A stretch of DNA of 64,000 nucleotides, taken from the IMG/VR virus record IMGVR_UViG_3300035703_002708; one strand, 5' to 3'. This DNA is from a virus (taxonomy: Duplodnaviria; Caudoviricetes). Position 1 is the first letter of the stretch; each line of letters starts with the position of its first letter. Shown here piece by piece: positions 15,019 through 24,140 of the stretch. The notes under the pieces were generated by a model. The model was not told the DNA's origin and did no database searches. It worked only from the letters and a program-made list of their open reading frames with translations. The position numbers and the translations under genes are program-made.

Positions 15019-17019
15019 GTGATGGAAAACAATGGTATTTTAAAAAGTTTTGATTTACAGGATGATTTGAATCCAAAAATTTGGAAAAAAAACTCAAAAG
15101 GGTCCTATACATTATCACCAGAAGTTAGAGAAAAACTTTTGGAAATTGCATACGAATTTATTGAATCATTAAAAGTAGATGTAATAGTATCAGATGTTCA
15201 TCTTACTGGTTCACTCGTCAACTTTAATTGGTCTCAGTATTCGGATTTTGATTTACATATCATAGCTGATTTTAATCAGTTTCCAAAAAAAAGTTTACCT
15301 CTTTACGAAGAGTTATTTAAACTTAAAAAAACCATATTTAATTCTGAACAGAATATTAAAATATACGGATACGATGTCGAGGTCTTTGTTCAGGATGAAA
15401 ATGAAAAAGGTCATTCTGCAGGTATCTTTTCTTTAATTTCGAATGATTGGTTAGAAAAACCAAAAAAAGAAAAATTTGAGGTAAATAAAACGATTCTTAA
15501 AAAGAAAATAGACCAATGGACTGAAAAAATAGATAAGGTCCTTGAGTCGGCACAAGAGGAGAAAGATTTAGAAAAATCTAAAAAATTAGTTAGTAACCTT
15601 AAAGAAAAACTCAAGGATTATAGAAAAATTGGACTAGAAAAAGGAGGAGAGATGTCTTACGAAAACCTTGTATTCAAATACTTGAGAAGAAGTGGACATA
15701 TAGAAAAATTGTTCGACTTCAAAAAAGACAGATTGAATAAGGAACTTTCATTGAATGAGGTTACTACAACTATTGGTGGTACTTTTAAGACTGACCTTGA
15801 GAATGGTCCTAAAAATCATGGAGCAAGAGCGTTCGGTAATTGGCAATCTGATAATGCTTGGGATATTTTTTCACCTCCTGGTACTAATGTAAATTCTTAC
15901 ACTAATGGAACTGTTTCAAGAGTTTACGATACTGGTAAAAATTCAGGAAAGGTTTATGGTACTCAAGTAACAGTATCAGGTGAAAAGGGTTTTCCTGATA
16001 TTTTTTACACTCATTTAAAAAATGTCAATTTGAAAAAAGGAGACAAAGTCAAAGTTGGTGATTATATTGGTCAAATTTCTGAATGGATTGGACATAAAGG
16101 AATGGAACATGTTCATATTGGTCTACCTCGAGGTAACCATTTAAGAAGTTTATTAGTTAACACTGAGAAAATTTTTTCAGGAAAAGGACCTATAAATCAA
16201 CCAGGTTCTAATACAGAAACTGATAGTGGTTATATTGGTTCCTTATTGACACAAGCAGATAAGTCCAAGTTTCTAAAAGATTTTATGGAGTTGGCGAAAA
16301 ATGATGTCAATTACAAATATGACTTAAGTAATAAAGGAAGGATACAATATCAACCAGAAGTTGAGAAAATTCAGGTTGCGCTGAAGTTTTTAGGATATGA
16401 CTTACCAAAGTGGGGTATCGATGGGAAGTTCGGACCCGAAACTGAATCCGCGGTAAAAGAATTACAAAAAAAATATAATTTGGGTGAAACAGGTGTAGTT
16501 ACTAAAATAGTTTTACAATATCTTTTCGTTCTTATAATCCAAAATGGATTTGAGCAAGCCGACCTAAGTAAAATACTGTCCCTAAAAGACGAAGGTTTTA
16601 CTAGTCCAAGCGTGTCTAACGATAAAGAATTTTACGAACAAATTTTGAAAGGTATCAATGCACCAATTACGGACGGTAATCTTAAGTTCCTTTATGCATG
16701 GAGACAAGCAGAAGGTGGTAAGGCAACTAACAATCCTTTTAACACCACTTTAAATTTAAAAAAAGACAATCTAAAGTCTAACTATAACAGTGTTGGTGTA
16801 AAAAACTTTTCAAACTCATCGTATGGTGTTGAAGCAACAGTAAAAACATTATTGAATGGGTATTATGATTGTATTGTTGATGGTTTGCGAAACGATATAG
16901 GTGCGGAAAGAATTAGTAAAATGTGTATGAGTCAATTGGAAAAGTGGGGTACTGGAGGATTAGTTTATAAAGTATTACAAGGTGGGACTATAAAACCACC
17001 CCCTATTTATGAAGCATAA
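15019..17019 (+). CDS. Fusion: Pol-beta-type nucleotidyltransferase + M23 peptidase + peptidoglycan-binding domain + lysozyme-like domain
   Basis: LTGSL...SDFDLH...DVEV (NTase); AWDIF...YTHL...HVH (M23); IQVAL..LGY...GIDGKFGPET..AVKELQ (PG-binding); AWRQAEGG..TNNPFNTT (lysozyme-like). Confidence 0.75.
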   Translation: MMENNGILKSFDLQDDLNPKIWKKNSKGSYTLSPEVREKLLEIAYEFIESLKVDVIVSDVHLTGSLVNFNWSQYSDFDLHIIADFNQFPKKSLPLYEELFKLKKTIFNSEQNIKIYGYDVEVFVQDENEKGHSAGIFSLISNDWLEKPKKEKFEVNKTILKKKIDQWTEKIDKVLESAQEEKDLEKSKKLVSNLKEKLKDYRKIGLEKGGEMSYENLVFKYLRRSGHIEKLFDFKKDRLNKELSLNEVTTTIGGTFKTDLENGPKNHGARAFGNWQSDNAWDIFSPPGTNVNSYTNGTVSRVYDTGKNSGKVYGTQVTVSGEKGFPDIFYTHLKNVNLKKGDKVKVGDYIGQISEWIGHKGMEHVHIGLPRGNHLRSLLVNTEKIFSGKGPINQPGSNTETDSGYIGSLLTQADKSKFLKDFMELAKNDVNYKYDLSNKGRIQYQPEVEKIQVALKFLGYDLPKWGIDGKFGPETESAVKELQKKYNLGETGVVTKIVLQYLFVLIIQNGFEQADLSKILSLKDEGFTSPSVSNDKEFYEQILKGINAPITDGNLKFLYAWRQAEGGKATNNPFNTTLNLKKDNLKSNYNSVGVKNFSNSSYGVEATVKTLLNGYYDCIVDGLRNDIGAERISKMCMSQLEKWGTGGLVYKVLQGGTIKPPPIYEA

Positions 17020-18436
17020 TATTATGAAATCAGATTTATTAATTTTAAAAGAGGTAAAATTAAATTCTCCTTTAGATGGGGAATTGAACGTTACTAGCCC
17101 ATTCGGAAAATGGAGAGGTACTTATCAGCATCATGGTGTCGATATAGGAACACCATCCGGTAGTCAACTAAAAAGTCCTGCTGATGGTATTATAACGGTC
17201 GCTCACACTAAACAAAATGCTTGTGGGGGTACAATTACTATTGACCACAAAAATGGATTCAAAAGTCGTTTTTGTCATTTGAAAAGGATTGATGTTACTG
17301 TTGGTGACAAAGTTACCGCAGGACAGACAATTGCATTAACAGGTGGTGGTGCAAATGACCCAGGAAAAGGAAGGTCAACAGGTCCGCATTTACATTTCGA
17401 ATTCTATGAAAATGGGAGATTGGTAGACCCTATGAATTTTATTGATAAAGTAATATCACCTGGCGATTTCAAAGATTCCGAAAAACAAAGTGATATTTCT
17501 AATGAATTAATAACTAAAGCACAAAAATCTGATTTTTTAAAGAAGTTAAAAGATTTGGCCGAAAAGAATATCACATTTAAAAATTTAAAAAGTGAGGGTT
17601 CCAAAATACCATATAGAAAGGAGGTAGAAAATATTCAAATTGCACTACAATTTTTGAAACATTCTTTACCTGTATGGGGTGTTGATGGTTTATTTGGTCC
17701 TGAAACTGCAAACGCTGTTAAAGGATTTCAAAAAAAAATGAACCTTAAAGACACAGGTGAGGTTGACTCTGAAACTATGAAATATTTATACGCCTCTTTG
17801 GTTAAAAATAATTTTGAGGATTCTGATTTGAGTAAAATTAATTTTACAGGAGGATATAATTCGAACTTGTTGGATGTATCACCAAATTCGGTTTCATCTG
17901 ATTTTGAAACTATGACTAAAATAATAATAGATAATTTTGAGGGTGGTTATTATAATCCTGCATGGCATTATAAACCCGCAATGGGTCGTTCTGGTGAAAC
18001 AATGTTTGGAATGGATAGAGTGCACGGTGCAGGGTTGTTTAAATCGGGACCAGGTAAAATGTTTTGGGAAATTATTGATAAGAACAAATCAAAAGAAGTT
18101 TGGAAACATTATTATACGGGTGGACCAATAAAAGATGATTTGATTAAGTTAGTCGCAATGATTATGGAGGAGGCTTATAATGTAAATTCTAACACGTATT
18201 TATCACCTACTGCTCGTAAAATAGTAAACTCAAATAATGGTTTGATGTTTCATTTTTTATACGCATGTTGGAACGGTCCAGGTTTTTTCAAAAGATTTGC
18301 TAACATAATAAATAAGGCGGTTGAGGACGGTATCGAATCTCCACAAAAACTTCTGAGTATTGCAATAAATTCAAGATTGGATGGAGGAGTAACAAGAAAA
18401 AGCGGAGAAAAAATGTTGAAAATATTCAAAGCATAA
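17009..18436 (+). CDS. M23 peptidase + peptidoglycan-binding domain + GH108-like muramidase
   Basis: HHGVD, FCHL and TGPHLHFE (M23); GVDGLFGPET (PG-binding); FEGGYYNP...GETMFG (GH108-like). Confidence 0.8.
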   Translation: MKHNIMKSDLLILKEVKLNSPLDGELNVTSPFGKWRGTYQHHGVDIGTPSGSQLKSPADGIITVAHTKQNACGGTITIDHKNGFKSRFCHLKRIDVTVGDKVTAGQTIALTGGGANDPGKGRSTGPHLHFEFYENGRLVDPMNFIDKVISPGDFKDSEKQSDISNELITKAQKSDFLKKLKDLAEKNITFKNLKSEGSKIPYRKEVENIQIALQFLKHSLPVWGVDGLFGPETANAVKGFQKKMNLKDTGEVDSETMKYLYASLVKNNFEDSDLSKINFTGGYNSNLLDVSPNSVSSDFETMTKIIIDNFEGGYYNPAWHYKPAMGRSGETMFGMDRVHGAGLFKSGPGKMFWEIIDKNKSKEVWKHYYTGGPIKDDLIKLVAMIMEEAYNVNSNTYLSPTARKIVNSNNGLMFHFLYACWNGPGFFKRFANIINKAVEDGIESPQKLLSIAINSRLDGGVTRKSGEKMLKIFKA

Positions 18437-18520
18437 AATAAAAAAATAATATTCTTGTAAATTGATATATTTATAAAGAAAAATCTAAAAGATTATTAAC
18501 TTTTTTCAAAAAAAAACAAA

Positions 18521-19918
18521 ATGGGAAAACTTAAGCCTATAGGAAGTGAAAAATTGCAGGGTATGGAAAAAATACAACGTATCTTAGAAATTGCTAAATA
18601 CAAAGAATCACCATCATCGAATGTCAATGAAAATACTTCTGACAATTATAATATTGTTCTATCAGACGGTAATACTTACCATATAAATAAAGAAAAAAAT
18701 GGTTACGTAATAACACGTACATTGTCTGAGGGTACAACAGATTACATAGAACCTATGAAAAATAGGAGATATTATTCTTCATATTCACAGGCCTTCAAAA
18801 GATTGAATTTGATTGCTAAGGAGATAAATGTTATGACAGGTAATGAAGGTGGAATTTCTTTGTTTTCAGAACAGAAAAAATTTGTACTGAAAACTCCAAA
18901 TACTCCAGAGCCGGCGGCGGAACCGGTGGCACCTGCTCCTGCTCCTGCACCATCACCTGAACCAACAGGTGTAGAACCAAGTTTGGATGCCCCTGATATG
19001 GAAGAACCAAGTATGGATGCTCCTGATATGGAAGAACCAAATATGGATGCCCCTGATATGGAAGAACCAAGTATGGATGCTCCTGATATGGATTCATCAG
19101 ATGATGAAGATATGGTTTCGTTTAAAACTATTCAGAAACTAACTGGTAAATTAGGTCAAAAACTAAGAAAACTTAATCAAAGTGAAGAACCAATATCTGC
19201 TGATGATACGAAATATGTTATTAATTCAATACTTTCGGCTTTAGATTTATCTGTTTTGTCAGATGAGGACATGGAGGAAATAATCGGTAGATTAGAAGAT
19301 TCTGAATTCGAATCAGATGAAGAACCTGAAATGGAAGAACCTACTGATGAAATGGAACCTGAAATGGAAGAACCTACTGATGAAATGGAACCTGAAATAC
19401 CTGAAGGTGAGATGTTTGAATCTGAAAATGAAGAACAATGGGAGGGAACAATGGCAGGTGAATATGATTTAGGTTTCAGTGATAAACCCAAAAAATCAGA
19501 ACCCAAAGAGATGAATTTTAACAACTATGTAAAAAATAGATTTTCATCTGCAATTAATGATAAAATGGGTGAAATGACCGAGGATGAAAAAGTAGGGTTA
19601 GATAGTATTCTTGGTTCGGTATTTTCGGAATCTAAGGTAGATGATATTATAAAATCATACTTCGTAGAAACAGAATCTGAGAAAAAATTTATTTCAGAGC
19701 AAAAACAAAAAAGATTTTTGAATGAAAAGGTTAAAAAAATGAAAATAATGAAAGAAGTAAAAAACTTGTCAGAATCATTCGTACAAGAATCAACTTCATC
19801 AAAGTTTTTAGACAGATTTAAAAGAGCAAAATTCATCGGGAAAACTAATAAACATAATTTAGTTTTCGAGGTGGATGGTAAACAGTATAAAATTACCCCA
19901 CACGGAGCAATTCTATGA
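18521..19918 (+). CDS. Acidic repeat-containing late protein (head core/scaffold-like)
   Basis: TATTTATA at 18468; Glu/Asp/Met/Pro-rich central repeats. Confidence 0.7.
   Translation: MGKLKPIGSEKLQGMEKIQRILEIAKYKESPSSNVNENTSDNYNIVLSDGNTYHINKEKNGYVITRTLSEGTTDYIEPMKNRRYYSSYSQAFKRLNLIAKEINVMTGNEGGISLFSEQKKFVLKTPNTPEPAAEPVAPAPAPAPSPEPTGVEPSLDAPDMEEPSMDAPDMEEPNMDAPDMEEPSMDAPDMDSSDDEDMVSFKTIQKLTGKLGQKLRKLNQSEEPISADDTKYVINSILSALDLSVLSDEDMEEIIGRLEDSEFESDEEPEMEEPTDEMEPEMEEPTDEMEPEIPEGEMFESENEEQWEGTMAGEYDLGFSDKPKKSEPKEMNFNNYVKNRFSSAINDKMGEMTEDEKVGLDSILGSVFSESKVDDIIKSYFVETESEKKFISEQKQKRFLNEKVKKMKIMKEVKNLSESFVQESTSSKFLDRFKRAKFIGKTNKHNLVFEVDGKQYKITPHGAIL
18971..19090 (+). repeat. Four tandem 30-nt coding repeats ((V/E)EP(S/N)(L/M)DAPDM)
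   Basis: Units start at 18971, 19001, 19031 and 19061, with no spacers. Confidence 0.95.
19322..19398 (+). repeat. 33-nt coding tandem repeat (EPEMEEPTDEM) x2 plus partial
   Basis: GAACCTGAAATGGAAGAACCTACTGATGAAATG at 19322 and 19355. Confidence 0.9.
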
Positions 19919-20328
19919 GTTATCTAATTTATGTTAATGGACTCGGACCAAACTATAAAGGTGATAACATTTATGAATTTATCTTTTCAGATGTTAAAGA
20001 AGAAGTTTGGGGTGAAAGCTGGGAATCGAAACCATCAAATGGAAATCCTCTACCCCCCAATATAGAGTTTATACGAAAAGTCGGGGTCTTGAAAAATGCG
20101 GAGATAAAACTCTCATTAATTCAAGATTCCGATTTTTTCTCTATGATTGACGCCTTAGATGATGTAATAGCATTAGCTTGGGAAAGTGACGATTCTGATA
20201 TAAATTTTGACATAGAAAAAAGATTAGTTTTCAGATACGGTGAAGACGAAAAGAAAATAAAAGATAAACTATATGAAAGAGATATAGTATTAGAATTTGA
20301 TAAACAAGTTGTTTATGAAAAAGAATAA
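19915..20328 (+). CDS. Hypothetical protein
   Basis: 137-aa ORF with a 4-nt overlap with the upstream stop. Confidence 0.8.
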   Translation: MSYLIYVNGLGPNYKGDNIYEFIFSDVKEEVWGESWESKPSNGNPLPPNIEFIRKVGVLKNAEIKLSLIQDSDFFSMIDALDDVIALAWESDDSDINFDIEKRLVFRYGEDEKKIKDKLYERDIVLEFDKQVVYEKE

Positions 20329-21058
20329 ACTGGCATTTAAATTAATTGACATGGGACTCAAAGCAGAAACATTAGCCAACTTAACTGAATCTCAATTAAG
20401 ATTATTATATAATAAACTAAACGAGGGTAAAAAAGAAACTAAGGAGGCAACAACTACTTACAAACCTGATGAAAAAATACCGGCGGACAAAGTTGACCCA
20501 AAAAACGTTACAAAAAACTCTGACGGTTCGGTTTCTGTAGAAGAAACTAATGAGGCAAAGAAAAAAGGTGGTAAAAAGAAATATAACCCTTGGGCTATTT
20601 GTACATCATCTGTTGGCCGTAAGGATAAGAAAAAATATGAAAGATGTGTGATGGATGTTAAAAAATCTATCAAAGAAGGAAAAGACCCTGTGAATTTGTT
20701 TTTGGAAGAAAAGATTGTATCTTTGCTAGAGAAGCACGTACAACCAAAAATTTCTAAAAAAGATTTTCTACAAATGATTTCGGAAACTGAAACCGCACCT
20801 GCGAAACCAAAGGTACCTGTGGTTGAGCCAGGGAAAAAACCAAAAACTCCGTTTAGTCCAAAACCTGGCGTTAAGACGGCACCCAAGGCCGAAACCAAAG
20901 AACAGGACACGGCAGAACCAATTGTAAAACCTAAAACACCAAAAACAAAACCTAAAACACCATTTAGTCCAAAACCAGGTGTTAAACCGGCACCTAAAGC
21001 TGGAAAAAAATCAGTACCTACTTGGTTAAAGTGGGATAATCTCGGTCTTAATTTTTAA
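20315..21058 (+). CDS. Lys/Pro-rich hypothetical protein
   Basis: Duplicated PKTPFSPKPGVKxAPKA; likely start at ATG 20315. Confidence 0.75.
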   Translation: MKKNKLAFKLIDMGLKAETLANLTESQLRLLYNKLNEGKKETKEATTTYKPDEKIPADKVDPKNVTKNSDGSVSVEETNEAKKKGGKKKYNPWAICTSSVGRKDKKKYERCVMDVKKSIKEGKDPVNLFLEEKIVSLLEKHVQPKISKKDFLQMISETETAPAKPKVPVVEPGKKPKTPFSPKPGVKTAPKAETKEQDTAEPIVKPKTPKTKPKTPFSPKPGVKPAPKAGKKSVPTWLKWDNLGLNF

Positions 21059-21067
21059 TACGAAGTC

Positions 21068-22300
21068 ATGGCAAAATATAAAAGAATTAATGAAGCACCA
21101 ATTGATTATGAAGGTCCTGAAAGAATGGACCCAAGTATCGAAAGAAAAATTACAACTAAAACTACACCATACGCCGAACATCCAGGATTACCAAAGTTAG
21201 ATAGAGATGTTGTTGAGATTATTTCTTCCCAAAGATTCAAACAATCTGTAGAAAATGTGAGAAGATTTATGGGTGATACATCATCCATTCAAGGACCACC
21301 TCAACAAGTTCTGATGAAATTGATGCAATCCGCTATGAGATTATTTCCTAAAATTGCAAGTATCGAACAAAATCACAAAGAATTTTTAGAGAAACTGGCA
21401 GTTGATTTGGTTGTGAAAGAAATGGCAATTCCCGAAGGAGCACTTCAGTTTGATGCTGAATTAGTATCAGGTATGATGGGTTCTGCGGAAGGAATGAGAG
21501 GACAATCTGAAGAACCTTCACCCGAAGAAGTTAAAGATGCTTTTGGAAGTGCTAATGAAAATGCAGACGAACTTGAGGCTTTTATGGATGCGATGGAAAA
21601 ATTCGACCAACAAAAAGCAAAAAGAAGATTTATCAACGCACTTATTGGTGGAGCGTCAAAAAAGGGACACTATATGTATCAACTTGTTGGTGAGGAACTA
21701 AATAGATTACATCCCGAACTTGTTCGTTTATATGGTATGTCTCAATCTATCTTGGACCACTTATATTGGATTTATCCTGAAGATATGTCATCCGCTATGG
21801 CGGCTGCAGGTTCAGGTCAAGCAGGTCAATCAGAAATTGATACAGAAACTGACCCCCCTACAGTAAAGGCCCGTGGTGTTACTTTCCCTATTTTATTACA
21901 CGAATTAGTTAAAGGTGTTTTTGAAGTATTAGGAACTCACGGATTACCTGATGACCCTCGTCAAGCAGAAATGGTAATTGCGTCTCAAGATACACTTCCA
22001 GCAGAAATTTGGGATTTAAGATTAGGTCCTATTTTTTGGGAGAAATTTACGGCAGCATATCCCGACGAACTATTCGAAGAGGATAAAAAATACATCCAAC
22101 ATTACTTATTTCAAAGATTTTCGGCACTTGACCCAAAGAAATTTTTCAAACTAACTAAATTTATTTTGTCAGGTGACCCCAAAGGTAATCAAGTTCTTCA
22201 AATTATGGTTGATGAAATCGTAGAAGAACTAAAACAACAAGATAGAGAATCTATGTTTGGAAGTAATGATGACGACGAGGATGATGAACCTATGGTTTAA
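21068..22300 (+). CDS. Hypothetical protein directly upstream of terminase
   Basis: 410-aa ORF with no recognisable motif. Confidence 0.8.
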   Translation: MAKYKRINEAPIDYEGPERMDPSIERKITTKTTPYAEHPGLPKLDRDVVEIISSQRFKQSVENVRRFMGDTSSIQGPPQQVLMKLMQSAMRLFPKIASIEQNHKEFLEKLAVDLVVKEMAIPEGALQFDAELVSGMMGSAEGMRGQSEEPSPEEVKDAFGSANENADELEAFMDAMEKFDQQKAKRRFINALIGGASKKGHYMYQLVGEELNRLHPELVRLYGMSQSILDHLYWIYPEDMSSAMAAAGSGQAGQSEIDTETDPPTVKARGVTFPILLHELVKGVFEVLGTHGLPDDPRQAEMVIASQDTLPAEIWDLRLGPIFWEKFTAAYPDELFEEDKKYIQHYLFQRFSALDPKKFFKLTKFILSGDPKGNQVLQIMVDEIVEELKQQDRESMFGSNDDDEDDEPMV

Positions 22301-22303
22301 TCT

Positions 22304-24079
22304 ATGGCTTATACTAAAGAACAAGTATTAATAGAATATGTGAAGTGCGTAAAGGATACCCCTTACGCACTTCGCACATATTTACAGACCTATGATAATA
22401 CTGTGTCAAAATATGTTCCTTTAGAATTATTTCCTGACCAAGTTTCTTTGTTAGACGATTACGAAAACTATAACGAAAATATTGCATTAAAATATCGTCA
22501 GGCAGGAGTTTCTACCGTAACCGCTGCTTGGGCATCCAAAAGATTAGTATTTGCTAAAAAAACAAAACCAGAAAAAATTCTGATTATTGCCAACAAACTT
22601 GACACCGCTCAAGAAATGGCAAACAAAGTTCGTGGATTTGTAGAACAATGGCCTTCTTGGGTTGATGTTGGATTTACGAAAGAAAAAAATTCACAAAGAC
22701 ATTATAAATTAACAAATGGTTGTGAGGTAAAAGCGGTTGCAACATCAAAGGATGCTTTACGTGGTTATACACCGACTATATTGATATTCGATGAGGCGGC
22801 ATATATCGAAGCCGATGCAGACTTTTGGTCCGCATGTATGGCGTCCCTATCTACGGGTGGTAAAGTAATTGTGATTTCAACACCAAACGGTCACGACCCA
22901 ATTTATTATGAGATTTATGACCAAGCCGACAGAGGTATGAATGATTTCAAGGTCTCTGAAATGTATTGGTATAAAGACCCAAGATATACAAAGGATTTAT
23001 ATTTAGTTCAAACCGAAGATATAATCGATTATTTTTTAAATAAAGAAAATTACAAATCAGACCAAATAATTCATATGGAGGATTACAATGTTAATAATCC
23101 TGAACAATATGAAAAACTGAAACATTATATGTCAACAGGATACAAACCTAGTTCTTCTTGGTTTGAGTCTATGGTAAAAAAACTAAAGTATGACAAACGA
23201 AAAGTTTCTCAGGAATTGGAATGTAACTTCTTGGGTTCGGGTGATAACGTATTTGACTCAAAAATATTACAAAAAATAAGGGAAAATTTCATAAAGGACC
23301 CTGCAAACAGAATGATATCAAATTCATTATGGATTTGGAAAGAACCTGTTATGGGACATAAATACGTAATGGGTGTCGATGTATCAAGAGGAGATTCAGA
23401 GGATTACTCCACATTTCAGATAATTGATTTTGATACAAGAGAACAAGTCGCTGAATTTGTGGGTAAACTACCACCTGACACAATGGCAGAAATTTGTTTT
23501 AAGTGGGCTAATATGTATTCAGCATTCGTTGTAATTGATATCACCGGTGGTATGGGTGTGTCTACATCAAGAAAAATGCAAGAATTGGGATATAAGAACC
23601 TGTATGTTGATGGTGTAGATTACCAAAACAAATGGAAATACGACCCAAAACAAGCAGAAAAAATTCCTGGTATAAACTTCAACTCAAAAAGGGTTCAGAT
23701 AATAGCGTCTTTCGAAGAAGCTATTAGACACGATTTTGACATTAAAAGTTCAAGATTGTTAAACGAAATGAATAGTTTTGTTTATATAAACGGAAGACCT
23801 GACCATCAAAAAGGTGGACACGATGACTTAATTATGTCGATTGCAATGGCAATATATGTCGCGGAAGCCTCCTTTAGTCAACTCACCAAAGTTACAGAAC
23901 AAACAAAAGCAATGATAAATTCTTGGACCATACAAGAAGATGATACACCATCAAAATCAATCGCGTTTAACCCACAAATACCAAACTTTTCATCAAGATA
24001 TCAAGACCCCAATTTAAATTCAGGACCATCAAGGGAGGACTATATGAAATATAATTGGTTATTTGGGGGAATGAGATAA
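22304..24079 (+). CDS. terL: Terminase large subunit (T4 gp17-like)
   Basis: Walker A-like LKYRQAGVST, Walker B IFDEAAY, ISTPNG, nuclease MGVDVSRG and HDDLIM. Confidence 0.93.
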   Translation: MAYTKEQVLIEYVKCVKDTPYALRTYLQTYDNTVSKYVPLELFPDQVSLLDDYENYNENIALKYRQAGVSTVTAAWASKRLVFAKKTKPEKILIIANKLDTAQEMANKVRGFVEQWPSWVDVGFTKEKNSQRHYKLTNGCEVKAVATSKDALRGYTPTILIFDEAAYIEADADFWSACMASLSTGGKVIVISTPNGHDPIYYEIYDQADRGMNDFKVSEMYWYKDPRYTKDLYLVQTEDIIDYFLNKENYKSDQIIHMEDYNVNNPEQYEKLKHYMSTGYKPSSSWFESMVKKLKYDKRKVSQELECNFLGSGDNVFDSKILQKIRENFIKDPANRMISNSLWIWKEPVMGHKYVMGVDVSRGDSEDYSTFQIIDFDTREQVAEFVGKLPPDTMAEICFKWANMYSAFVVIDITGGMGVSTSRKMQELGYKNLYVDGVDYQNKWKYDPKQAEKIPGINFNSKRVQIIASFEEAIRHDFDIKSSRLLNEMNSFVYINGRPDHQKGGHDDLIMSIAMAIYVAEASFSQLTKVTEQTKAMINSWTIQEDDTPSKSIAFNPQIPNFSSRYQDPNLNSGPSREDYMKYNWLFGGMR

Positions 24080-24140
24080 TATTTATTTAGAACTACAAAA
24101 CTATTGTTTATCTATTTATAGTTGTAGTTAATTTTATTCT

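Noticed and set aside
15019-15760. NTase domain as the CCA-adding enzyme for the CCA-less tRNA
   Set aside because: It lacks the recognisable class II CCA/poly(A) polymerase motifs (DxD...RRD); host CCA addition is the simpler explanation. It is not excluded experimentally.
18971-19090. 30-nt direct repeats as a CRISPR array
   Set aside because: The repeats are head-to-tail with no spacers, are in frame in a CDS, and no cas genes are present.
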